32,000 nucleotides of DNA from Thermosulfurimonas dismutans (GCF_001652585.1 NZ_LWLG01000005.1:60001-92000); one strand, 5' to 3'; positions 16,358 through 24,569 are shown, numbered from the stretch's first letter. Translations and numbers: made by a program. The notes: generated by a model not told the origin, from the sequence alone.

Positions 16358-16810
16358 CTTAGGAGAAACTCCCTCTCGGGCCTCCTCCGCCTCAAATTCC
16401 TCCGCATTGCCTTCTTCCATCGAATTCCCCCTTTCTTCCGGGATAGATGATCGCAAAGAAGACGAAGAGTTCCGCCCTTCTTCTCCAGCCCACCGGGTTT
16501 CGGATGCAGATGCAGAAACACCCCCTTCTGAAACCGCGCCTTTCCCCCAAGAACTTTCCCCTGCGGAGTTTTCCCCCCAGGACCGTTTATTTCCATAGGC
16601 ATCCACATAATAGACCCCACCACGGGATTTCGCGGCCTCTTTCCTTCCGAAACTTTGCCTTGCCATCGCCGGCCCCCCAGCTCTCCTGGAGGAAAAATCA
16701 CCGGACGTACTCTGTTTCCCTGAAGCCCCTTCCTCCCCAGCCGGAGGGCCGCCTCCACAGGCTACCAGGATTAACAACAACGCGAGATAAAAAGGTAATA
16801 TCTTCTTCAT
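15992..16810 (-). CDS. Lipoprotein with a low-complexity G/S/E/R linker and a C-terminal cohesin-like module (candidate anchoring cohesin)
   Basis: I prefer ATG 16810 (MKKILPFYLALLLILVAC, lipobox L-V-A-C, GGGGG SD 6 nt upstream) to the track's TTG at 16822. This ATG overlaps the stop of the upstream 1567-aa gene as ATGA. Confidence 0.8.
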   Translation of the reverse strand: MKKILPFYLALLLILVACGGGPPAGEEGASGKQSTSGDFSSRRAGGPAMARQSFGRKEAAKSRGGVYYVDAYGNKRSWGENSAGESSWGKGAVSEGGVSASASETRWAGEEGRNSSSSLRSSIPEERGNSMEEGNAEEFEAEEAREGVSPKVLRCTVEVGVESEAFIGGVDLSVEYPQDRVEFDAGFGVRLAGDYPQTMLGFNDLGRKVKVGVMNASGLPSNGASLVKMVFRLKGEGDSVLSASDFQVHSSCFDLDGRSVGCRPHLIVSECN

Positions 16811-17052
16811 TGATACCCCCAACTTACCAATCCTAAAGCCTTACGCAGAATCACCAGGGCATCTCCGATGGTGATCTTTCCGTCGGGATTCGGCCTTCCG
16901 TCCGCGCCAAGCGGAGCCACGTCCGCATGACACCGGTCCTCCTCCGTCGGCGTCTCAAGCCCGAGGGCAAACCGTAGGGTTACCAGGGCATCGCCAATGT
17001 TCACCCACCCGTCACGGTTACCCAGCGGGGCCACATCGCCGTCGGGGGTACA
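16807..17052 (-). other. Dockerin-like module D7 (C-terminus of the scaffoldin-like protein)
   Basis: CTPDGDVAPLGNRDGWVNIGDALVTLRFALGLETPTEEDRCHADVAPLGADGRPNPDGKITIGDALVILRKALGLVSWGYQ. Confidence 0.75.
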
Positions 17053-20000
17053 GCTTATCACATTGACCCGACAGGTCCCATTTTCCACCTTTATTGGCAC
17101 CGCCGTGCCGGTCAAATCGTAACCCTGGATCGAAGAGATATTTATCGTCACCTCCCCTGTCACATCCAAACCGGGCTCCAAAGTAACTTTTAAAACCTCT
17201 CCCTTTCCGGAAAAACCGCTAGCCTTAATCAGCCCCACCCGATAACTACCAAGATTGCTATTGTTGGTCTGCACCGTAGCCCCTTGTGCCAGACCTACGG
17301 CCGTAACCCCCTTTGCACTTAAACCCGCATCAAAACCCAGGCTTAGATCCAACCCGCCTAGGGTAAGGTTTTTGGTGTCTATCTCGAACACTATGTCAAA
17401 CATCTTCCTCGCATTTACTTCTTTTGAACAAATCATAGTTACTTCTATAGGATTCGTATCCACATAAACCTTGGCTCCTAGTCCACAACCGGAAAAAGTA
17501 TTACCTTCGAGATTGGCAAATTCTACCTGTGGAATCTCCAGATCAACCACCGTTTGAGCTACGGATATAGGATTCACCCGGAAAATCAGACGCAAGATTT
17601 CGCCCGAACCCGAAATACCGGTAGCCGAGATAATTCCAATCCTTACCACACTTCCATTGTCGTAGGGAGTAATAAGTCCACCCTGAAGGATTCTTGCACC
17701 TTCTACTCGATCAAAACTCAACACCGCAGGATTATATGTAACGGTAAAACTTATTCCTCCGATGGTAGTCGAAGTTCCATTCAGGATCACAGGAACAACT
17801 ACTTCAGATCCAGGGTGTCCATAAACGTTTTGAAGTATCAGAGTATCCACACCATTTTCACAGGAAGGAGATTGGGGACTAGCATGACAGCTACCGTTAT
17901 ACCAGTAACCACCTGCCCTTACGCAATCCGCTTCCGTAGTGCACAGATTCAAGTGTTGAGCATCACAACTCGGTTCTTGATTAGTTGTCGCAACCTCAAT
18001 CACTAAAGGATTTGAAATTGCCGTAGCACCTTTATCATCTTTGGCCACACAACGCGCTTTATAAGTTCCAGCCTTGTCATAGATATGGGTAACTCTTCCA
18101 TCATAATCGGTCACATTATTCCCGTCTCCGAACTGAAAGGTATATTCCACTATGCGACCGTCGGGGTCGTGAGCTGTGCAGACAAACTCTACAGACAATG
18201 GCGCCTCTACAGAAGTCGGATTAGCGCTAAATAAGTCTATCACCGGCGGCTGATTCTGTGTTTGGATAGGCTCAAACCGCGCCGTGCAACTCTTCGAGTC
18301 ATCCATCACCAGAGGACATATTCTATCGTTCCCGCATTCCGCACAATCACCTTCCCAGCCGGCAAAACTATATCCCTCATCAGGTATAGCTTTAAGCGTT
18401 ACCTTTGTCCCACTATCATAATCTGTATAACACTCCCCTCCACAATCTATCTTCCCGCCTCCACCCTCTACACTAACACTAAGCCGATACCTATCTCTCT
18501 CAAAGATCACCTCTATTATGTGGTTGTCTTTAACGTCTCTAAACGGGTAACTCGTCATCGCACCCTTCGAGACCCCATCTACCACTACATCCTTAACATG
18601 ATACCCCTTGTCAGGCTCTATCGTAAAAATCTGGCTTCCACCACACTCCACAGTTACATTCCCAGAAGGACTTATACTCCCACCAACTCCTGCCTTGGCC
18701 TCTATCGTGTACTCATTTAACCCAAAATTCACCACCACACTACAATTGCCTGTCACCTGTCCCGTCGTAAAAATGTTCCCACTTAATGTCCCACCACACG
18801 TGCTATCCACTCCCTCCACGTGATAACACGCATCAGGTGTCACCGTAAATCTTGCCACGCCCCCATGCGTAACCTTCTGACTCAATGGCTCTACCGTTCC
18901 CTTCCCATTTCCTACTCTCGCCGTTACCATATACTTCTTAAGCTCAAACTGCGCCGAGCAACTTTTCGCACCATCCATCACCACAGAACAGGTGGCGTTG
19001 CTACCACATCCCGCACAGTCTCCTCCCCAACCAGTGAAGATTGAATCAATATTCGGAAAAGCAGTAAGCCTTACAGTTATTCCTCTGTCGAAACTAGCAC
19101 TACAAGTACTTCCGCAGTTTATGCCAGAAGGTGAACTTGTTATTGTTCCGGAGCCAGTCCTGCTTACACTCAGGGTATATCTTGTAACTTGGGGGATTGC
19201 TAAAGCTGTGCTTCCACCGGATACATTGCCTGCGTTATCTATTGCACACAGTCTGTAGTAATATGTTCTACCATTTGTTAAACCGGTATGCGTATACGAT
19301 GTTGCTATTGGTGAAGATAGAGTCAATCTTGTTCCCGAAGTGCATCCTGAGCTAGGATAACCGGATGTGCTATAGACCAACTTAAACTCTTTTAAACCAC
19401 TTCTACTATCACTTACAGACGACCAACTCAGAGTAACACGAGCATCCCCTCCAGTAGCGGTAAGAGATGGATTTGAAGGTGGGGTCGTGTCTAAGATTAT
19501 ACAATCATGATACCAGCTAGAAATATTACCTTCAGAATCTCTAAATTTAACATACACACATTTGTTTCCATCTCCACTAGGTAAACTCCACATTTTCGTA
19601 TTAGAAAAATTTTTCCAATCATATGGATAACAGGTTGTTTGTGAATTTTTAATACACACTTGTATCTGATCAATAGGTGTATAGTCATCGTAAACATTAA
19701 GGTTCAACACAACTGAAGTCGATTTTGTATACAGTGCACCATTTTCTATTAAAATACTTCCTGTAGGTGGCTTTGTTACTATCTTAAAAGAGTAGCTATT
19801 AACCTCCCATCCTTGTTGGTCTATAGTAGTACTATTTTGAGGATAATTTTTATAATGACACCAAAAATCGTCAACACTAGTCATTGTAGATCTTACATAA
19901 AACTTAAAGTTACCTGGAGATAATTTGGAAGTATCAACAAGTAAAGTCACCGTTTTTGTTGTTCCCGATTTCCATTGTCCTCCAAATTCAATCATAGGAT

Positions 20001-21510
20001 ACCTAGCAGTCATTGAATTACAACTACTATTGTAAATTGTATCTCCAGGGAGTTTTTTATATACATTTAGTCCTCCACTGTTTTGAATAGAAATTGCGGA
20101 AAGATCCTTTAGATAAGGAAATGAAATAGTTATAGAGCCATAAATTGCGTCACTACCCTTATTATTCGCATTTATATTAATTTTAACTAAATTTCCTTTT
20201 ATTACAGAAGTAGGGTATGTAATATTAGTAATTATTGGCCTTGGAGGATTTCCAAAAATCAAATTTTCAAATTTGTATTCATTTAAAAACTGAACTACTT
20301 CAGCATCAGATAAATGTAAATCTTCATTACATAGTACTTTAGAACTTTCCCAATAAATTTGAGCTAACACTGAAGGATTTCTTTTTAAAATCTTAGAAGT
20401 TATATAAATATATTCTGGAAAAAGCTTTTCCCGATCCCAAAAAAAAATTCCTCCAATATAACTACCGTTACCATATATTATATCTTTTACACCACTCCAA
20501 TCACAATATGAATTATATGCCAAATTGCAATCATATCTATCAAGAAGAACTAAATATTCATGCATATTTTTGCCAACATTATCGAAAAGACTTGACAACG
20601 ATTTTCTCCACAATCTATACGAAGTATTGTGTAGTTGATTTACCAATTCCCACAAAGAATTATATAAATGTACTAATTTTGCCAAATAAAATGCCGCGTC
20701 TGTTTGACACATAAAGGCCTGAGCATAAGAAATTGCAAATTTCATAAGTATAGGCATATTTTGATTCATAATAGCCGTAGCTGAATTTAAAGCATCAACA
20801 ACATCCCAAGCAGTTGCTAATACGGGACTAAAGACTGCTATAGAATCCGGTAAAATATTGAGATACTGTTTCCAAATTATTTCTCCTGCTACTGCAGCTA
20901 CATTTTTAGAAAGATTAGTTAATTTTCTATCTATAATAGTCTTTATTGCTGCAATTTGACTACCTATATCATGATGTATGTAAAGCAACGCATAAATTAT
21001 TCTATTTTGAGGACTTTTTTCATTTTTTATAACATAGAATACTTCCCAATAAATTATCTTTTCTTTCGTTATCAATTTACGATACTTATATTCTATTGTA
21101 ATTATTAAATACAACTTCTTAGGCAGATCTACAACAGAAAATGACAAAATTTGTGAAAAATTTATAAAAAATTTATTAGCTTCTGAAGCTGAATAAGACA
21201 ATCTAGGAATTATATCTCTACCGTTTTTATCTTTTATATAAAAGTAAACTGTGCCACTTTCAGGGGGAATTATTTTATAAAATCTTTTTAAAGAATTACC
21301 GTTATATATAACCAATCCATTAGACTCTACAGGATAAACATAACTACTAATAGATAAAGACGATGGCTCATATAAGTATGATATCAATGTCCAGGGTTCT
21401 ATTGGAGATTGTAAAGTTATAGAAAAAGCAGTACTAATTATTACATTCAAAACGAAAAAACTTAAAACAACTATTTTAGAAAAACTACATATCTTTAAAC
21501 TTTTTATCAT
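16807..21510 (-). CDS. 1567-aa scaffoldin-like surface protein: signal peptide, AT-rich-encoded N-terminal region, Fn3, four InlB-B-repeat-like beta modules, PKD, two tandem cohesin-like modules, C-terminal dockerin-like module
   Basis: Signal peptide MIKSLKICSFSKIVVLSFFVLNVIISTAFS. Fn3: PPSNPSLTATGGDARVTLSWSSVSD...GRTYYYRLCAIDNAGNVS. The repeats are of the type YTLSVSRTGSGTITSSPSGINCGSTCSASF...FTGWGGDCAGCG...CSVVMDGAKSCSAQFE. PKD: FQFGDGNNVTDYDGRVTHIYDKAGTYKARCVAKDDKG. Confidence 0.9.
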   Translation of the reverse strand: MIKSLKICSFSKIVVLSFFVLNVIISTAFSITLQSPIEPWTLISYLYEPSSLSISSYVYPVESNGLVIYNGNSLKRFYKIIPPESGTVYFYIKDKNGRDIIPRLSYSASEANKFFINFSQILSFSVVDLPKKLYLIITIEYKYRKLITKEKIIYWEVFYVIKNEKSPQNRIIYALLYIHHDIGSQIAAIKTIIDRKLTNLSKNVAAVAGEIIWKQYLNILPDSIAVFSPVLATAWDVVDALNSATAIMNQNMPILMKFAISYAQAFMCQTDAAFYLAKLVHLYNSLWELVNQLHNTSYRLWRKSLSSLFDNVGKNMHEYLVLLDRYDCNLAYNSYCDWSGVKDIIYGNGSYIGGIFFWDREKLFPEYIYITSKILKRNPSVLAQIYWESSKVLCNEDLHLSDAEVVQFLNEYKFENLIFGNPPRPIITNITYPTSVIKGNLVKININANNKGSDAIYGSITISFPYLKDLSAISIQNSGGLNVYKKLPGDTIYNSSCNSMTARYPMIEFGGQWKSGTTKTVTLLVDTSKLSPGNFKFYVRSTMTSVDDFWCHYKNYPQNSTTIDQQGWEVNSYSFKIVTKPPTGSILIENGALYTKSTSVVLNLNVYDDYTPIDQIQVCIKNSQTTCYPYDWKNFSNTKMWSLPSGDGNKCVYVKFRDSEGNISSWYHDCIILDTTPPSNPSLTATGGDARVTLSWSSVSDSRSGLKEFKLVYSTSGYPSSGCTSGTRLTLSSPIATSYTHTGLTNGRTYYYRLCAIDNAGNVSGGSTALAIPQVTRYTLSVSRTGSGTITSSPSGINCGSTCSASFDRGITVRLTAFPNIDSIFTGWGGDCAGCGSNATCSVVMDGAKSCSAQFELKKYMVTARVGNGKGTVEPLSQKVTHGGVARFTVTPDACYHVEGVDSTCGGTLSGNIFTTGQVTGNCSVVVNFGLNEYTIEAKAGVGGSISPSGNVTVECGGSQIFTIEPDKGYHVKDVVVDGVSKGAMTSYPFRDVKDNHIIEVIFERDRYRLSVSVEGGGGKIDCGGECYTDYDSGTKVTLKAIPDEGYSFAGWEGDCAECGNDRICPLVMDDSKSCTARFEPIQTQNQPPVIDLFSANPTSVEAPLSVEFVCTAHDPDGRIVEYTFQFGDGNNVTDYDGRVTHIYDKAGTYKARCVAKDDKGATAISNPLVIEVATTNQEPSCDAQHLNLCTTEADCVRAGGYWYNGSCHASPQSPSCENGVDTLILQNVYGHPGSEVVVPVILNGTSTTIGGISFTVTYNPAVLSFDRVEGARILQGGLITPYDNGSVVRIGIISATGISGSGEILRLIFRVNPISVAQTVVDLEIPQVEFANLEGNTFSGCGLGAKVYVDTNPIEVTMICSKEVNARKMFDIVFEIDTKNLTLGGLDLSLGFDAGLSAKGVTAVGLAQGATVQTNNSNLGSYRVGLIKASGFSGKGEVLKVTLEPGLDVTGEVTINISSIQGYDLTGTAVPIKVENGTCRVNVISCTPDGDVAPLGNRDGWVNIGDALVTLRFALGLETPTEEDRCHADVAPLGADGRPNPDGKITIGDALVILRKALGLVSWGYQ
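17053..17450 (-). other. Cohesin-like module 2 of the scaffoldin (class A)
   Basis: MFDIVFEIDTKNLTLGGLDLSLGFDAGLSAKGVTAVGLAQGATVQTNNSNLGSYRVGLIKASGFSGKGEVLKVTLEPG... Confidence 0.6.
17461..17851 (-). other. Cohesin-like module 1 of the scaffoldin (class A)
   Basis: VDTLILQNVYGHPGSEVVVPVILNGTSTTIGGISFTVTYNPAVLSFDRVEGARILQGGLITPYDNGSVVRIGIISATGISGSGEILRLIFRVNP. This is the closest of the modules to the classical cohesin pattern (G..V.VPV....., I.g.dF.v.Yd..vL....v..g, G.i.i......, G.I..i.F.V). Confidence 0.7.
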
Positions 21511-21546
21511 ATCTTGCCCCCTCCCCTTAATCGTATCTTGCCCCCC

Positions 21547-21762
21547 CTATTCACACCCTAGCACCGTCAGTCTTGCCCTACACCTAACTGCATGGCCGTC
21601 GAGGTCGAAGTAGGTGGCGGAAGCACCGAAATCGTTTGCGGTAAGGGTGGTTCTGCCTTCGTCTTTCACCACAAAGGCCAGGTGCACCAGCGGAGAGCCA
21701 TTAGCGGGATGACCCGGAGCGTTCATAAGTCCTACCTCGCAGTAGAACTTTTGGCCCCCCAA
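21547..21762 (-). pseudogene. Truncated cohesin-like remnant: only the C-terminal half of a class-B cohesin, with no native start
   Basis: The translated sequence ...EVGLMNAPGHPANGSPLVHLAFVVKDEGRTTLTANDFGASATYFDLDGHAVRCRARLTVLGCE aligns with the last ~65 aa of the 276-aa lipoprotein (KVGVMNASGLPSNGASLVKMVFRLKGEG...FDLDGRSVGCRPHLIVSECN). The frame begins immediately after a terminator hairpin, at a forced TTG. Confidence 0.6.
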
Positions 21763-21789
21763 AATAGCGGGGGGCTTTGCGCCCCCCGC
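21759..21789 (-). terminator. Rho-independent terminator of the 923-aa gene
   Basis: On the minus strand the sequence reads GCGGGGGGC-gcaaa-GCCCCCCGC followed by TATTTTGG. The 9-bp all-G/C stem (21767-21775 / 21781-21789) begins 9 nt after the stop at 21798. Confidence 0.75.
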
Positions 21790-21797
21790 CGATTAGA

Positions 21798-22175
21798 TTA
21801 CTGACAGGTAAATTCCACTATCTGTGCCGGACAAGCAAAAGTATTCCCGGAAAGATCCGAACAGGTAGCATTACCATCAGGAATAATTGCAAGCTCGCTC
21901 TCCTGAGGCTCACTACACAATCCCTGATTCTGAGGAGTTGAGAAGGTAAGCTTAAGCACCGCTGAGCCGTCCGCAGGAAATCCACCGGCTGAAATGAGCC
22001 CAATCTTCACATGGGTTCCATTATCATTGGGAACCACCAGTCCTCCCTGAGCCGCTCCAATAGCTACCACATTATCAAATCCAAGCGCAGTCTCTGGATA
22101 GTCCACGGTCACATCCACTCCTCCAATCGTACCATTGGCCGTAACCCCGAGCTTCAGTGTGCAGGTGTAAGCCTT
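21798..22175 (-). other. Cohesin-like module (class B, Cys-capped)
   Basis: KAYTCTLKLGVTANGTIGGVDVTVDYPETALGFDNVVAIGAAQGGLVVPNDNGTHVKIGLISAGGFPADGSAVLKLTFS...ACPAQIVEFTCQ. Confidence 0.55.
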
Positions 22176-24569
22176 GGGCTGAGTCACCCCGACCGAGGTC
22201 TGGCCGGACACACCATCCACCGTCACCCGCACCGTGGAATTCTGACTGCCGGCGGTAAGCGTCACCGCAGCCACCCCTACCTTATCTACATCGTTCCAGC
22301 CGATGGGAATGCTCACCTGGCTCAACACTCCATCACCCTGAGTCACCTCAAAAGCCGCATCTCCTATGGCATCCTTGTTAGTGCAGGAATCGAAATCAGC
22401 AAGGTGAATGGTGGCCTTGATGGTGGAGTTGCCCCCGGCGCACACGGTAGCAGGCTCGGCCCGCACATCAATTCCCGTAACCGTGCACGGATCCTGAGCC
22501 ACCTGAATGGCAACCTCGTTGGAAGTTTTGCCCTCAGAGGTGGCCTTCACCTTGACCTCACCCGGAGCGTTAACCGTGAGCGTGGTGCTAGCCTTACCGG
22601 TGGCATCGGTCTGAGCCGTAGGCGGATTCACGTACCCATCACCGCTCACTACCTCAAAGGTCACCTCTTTGCCCGAAAGATCGCCGCACTGCTCGGCATT
22701 AACCACCTGCACCTGAGCCATAAGTTGTGTGCTGTCTCCGGCCGTAAGAGAGGTTTTATTGGCGCTAAGCGTCACCCCCGTAACCGTACACGGATGTTCC
22801 GCCACCTGAATAGTAACCTCGTTGGAAGTCTTGCCCTCAGAGGTGGCCTTCACCTTGATCTCCCCCGGAGCATTGGCCGTAAGGGTGGTGCTGGCATTAC
22901 CACTAGCATCCGTCACCGTCGTGGCCGGGTTCACCGTCCCATCTCCGCTCACCACCTCAAAGGTCACCTGCTTTCCGGAAAGATCAGCACAGATATCCGG
23001 ATTGACTACTTCTACTTGGGCCGTGAGATTGGCACTCTCGCCCGCCACGACCGAAATAGGGGTGGCGTTAAGGCTTACCGCCTTAACCGCACACGGATCA
23101 GGGGCCACGTAAGACATAGCAACCCTACGATGTATTCCAGTGCAGGGATCCTCCACCAAAGCTACTAATTTAGCCATACCGGCTCCCTGAACTTCCAGTG
23201 GCGCTACCGCATATCCATCAGTATCAATATCTACTTCTATCTCCTTCTTTCCACCTGTGAAAGTAACCTGGCCTTTCACAATCTTAAATGTCACCTTTCC
23301 GGAAGGAGTGCCATTTCCGGAAAGCGGAGCTACCATGGCTTTCACTTTCCATTGATTAGTAGTTTGATCAAAATATATCCCAGCCATTGAAATCTCATCC
23401 ACACTATCAGCATTGCAAACCTTAATCAGCACGGGATTGGAGGTCCGGTTATCACTAGTTACAGCCGTAATCCTGAACACACTTCCCGCCGGAGCACTTC
23501 CGGCACATACTTGAGCGGAAGCTTCAGTAAGCGTATTACCCTGAACAGGATTGGGATTTATAGCAAGGGTGCCATTGGTGGCATTCCCTACAGGCATAGC
23601 GTCAAAAGCAATCTCACTTATCTGAGGCCCCTCTCCACATCCTATTACACCCGCGATTTTTGCCGTAAGTTTGCTACACACCTGTCCATCGGAAGAAATA
23701 ATTATCCTATCTCCCGAAAGACCTACAGCATAAGAACAATAATTCTGAAGTGTAGAGCCGATCTGATCCAAAATATTTGTATAATTACCTGAAATGGGGT
23801 TTCCGTTTACTTGCCCATCCATAACACCATCTTGGAGGTCCTGAAGAAGAGCTACAAACCCCTGCAACAACTTCTCCCACAGTGAAAGGAAATCCGTCTG
23901 AATCTGAAGGAGACGGCTTATGGCATCCGCCAGAACTCTATTATAAGGCGGCTCGTAATCCCTTATGCTAAAATGGTGCTCCGTAAAAAGTTTTTTGATA
24001 TATTCTTCTCTTTCGCTACCGAATTCCTCTCGAGCCCGTTCTCGGACGTGGTACACCAGTGTCCTTACGGGCTCAAATTCCGGATCGTTTTCAATTTGCG
24101 TAAAATTGTCACTATGTTTTTCCACTAGAGCACTGGTATCCACAGTAAGAAAGGCATAATATAGGGCACCTGAAATAATATCTGCCCCTTTGTGAACTAC
24201 ATTTCCATCTTCGTCCATAATAAACCCTTGGAGAGGAGGAGCCGCCAGAGTATCATTTCCGACCTGCATGGTACCGTTCTCACTCTTCAATGTAAGCCGA
24301 GTACAATTAGCTACCTCCACAGGATTTAGCTTGAACTGAAAATTTCCCTCCCCATCCGTTTGTCCGAGCTTCTTCAATTTCTTTCCGTCACACAGGAGCC
24401 ACACAGTAGCGTTAGCCACCGGGTCCTTACTCACACTTCCAACGACCGTGGCTCCAGAGGTGGTACCGGAAGTCTCCTCTCCGCCACCACCTCCACCACC
24501 TCCACAGGCCACAAGCAGCAAAGGAAGCACAAATACCCATAACCACAAACCCAACCTTCTCCAACTCAT
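21798..24569 (-). CDS. 923-aa lipoprotein with poly-Gly linker, helical/unknown region, three Big_1-like Ig domains and a C-terminal cohesin-like module (candidate anchoring scaffoldin)
   Basis: MSWRRLGLWLWVFVLPLLLVACGGGGGGGGEE carries the lipobox L-V-A-C. Ig-like repeats are of the type LSGKQVTFEVVSGDGTVNPATTVTDASGNASTTLTANAPGEIKVKATSEGKTSNEVTIQV. SD GAAGGGGG lies upstream of the ATG. Confidence 0.9.
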   Translation of the reverse strand: MSWRRLGLWLWVFVLPLLLVACGGGGGGGGEETSGTTSGATVVGSVSKDPVANATVWLLCDGKKLKKLGQTDGEGNFQFKLNPVEVANCTRLTLKSENGTMQVGNDTLAAPPLQGFIMDEDGNVVHKGADIISGALYYAFLTVDTSALVEKHSDNFTQIENDPEFEPVRTLVYHVRERAREEFGSEREEYIKKLFTEHHFSIRDYEPPYNRVLADAISRLLQIQTDFLSLWEKLLQGFVALLQDLQDGVMDGQVNGNPISGNYTNILDQIGSTLQNYCSYAVGLSGDRIIISSDGQVCSKLTAKIAGVIGCGEGPQISEIAFDAMPVGNATNGTLAINPNPVQGNTLTEASAQVCAGSAPAGSVFRITAVTSDNRTSNPVLIKVCNADSVDEISMAGIYFDQTTNQWKVKAMVAPLSGNGTPSGKVTFKIVKGQVTFTGGKKEIEVDIDTDGYAVAPLEVQGAGMAKLVALVEDPCTGIHRRVAMSYVAPDPCAVKAVSLNATPISVVAGESANLTAQVEVVNPDICADLSGKQVTFEVVSGDGTVNPATTVTDASGNASTTLTANAPGEIKVKATSEGKTSNEVTIQVAEHPCTVTGVTLSANKTSLTAGDSTQLMAQVQVVNAEQCGDLSGKEVTFEVVSGDGYVNPPTAQTDATGKASTTLTVNAPGEVKVKATSEGKTSNEVAIQVAQDPCTVTGIDVRAEPATVCAGGNSTIKATIHLADFDSCTNKDAIGDAAFEVTQGDGVLSQVSIPIGWNDVDKVGVAAVTLTAGSQNSTVRVTVDGVSGQTSVGVTQPKAYTCTLKLGVTANGTIGGVDVTVDYPETALGFDNVVAIGAAQGGLVVPNDNGTHVKIGLISAGGFPADGSAVLKLTFSTPQNQGLCSEPQESELAIIPDGNATCSDLSGNTFACPAQIVEFTCQ
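22500..23105 (-). repeat. Tandem 303-bp (101-codon) coding repeat, two copies, with a third more diverged copy at about 22197-22499
   Basis: CACCTGAAT(G/A)G(C/T)AACCTCGTTGGAAGT(T/C)TTGCCCTCAGAGGTGGCCTTCACCTTGA starts at both 22500 and 22803. Each unit encodes one Big_1-like Ig domain. Confidence 0.85.

Noticed and set aside
16016-16836. Multiple overlapping alternative-frame ORFs (129-154 aa) within the 276-aa lipoprotein gene.
   Set aside because: They arise from the G/C-rich low-complexity linker region. Only the annotated frame has a lipobox signal peptide, an SD, coupling to the upstream gene and a recognisable C-terminal domain.
21801-21810. CTGACAGGTA, identical to the core of the IS left inverted repeat, found next to the terminator and cohesin remnant. 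It could be a solo IR explaining the truncation.
   Set aside because: It lies inside the intact 3' end of the 923-aa gene, encoding ...FTCQ*. Similarity to the IR fades outside the 10-mer, and a single 10-nt match in 64 kb of two-strand sequence is not compelling.
24479-24510. The CCACC/CCTCC microsatellite-like run, a possible phase-variation tract.
   Set aside because: It encodes the G8 linker right after the lipobox Cys using mixed GGT/GGA/GGC codons. It is not a homopolymer or a perfect short tandem repeat, so slippage-based switching is unlikely.
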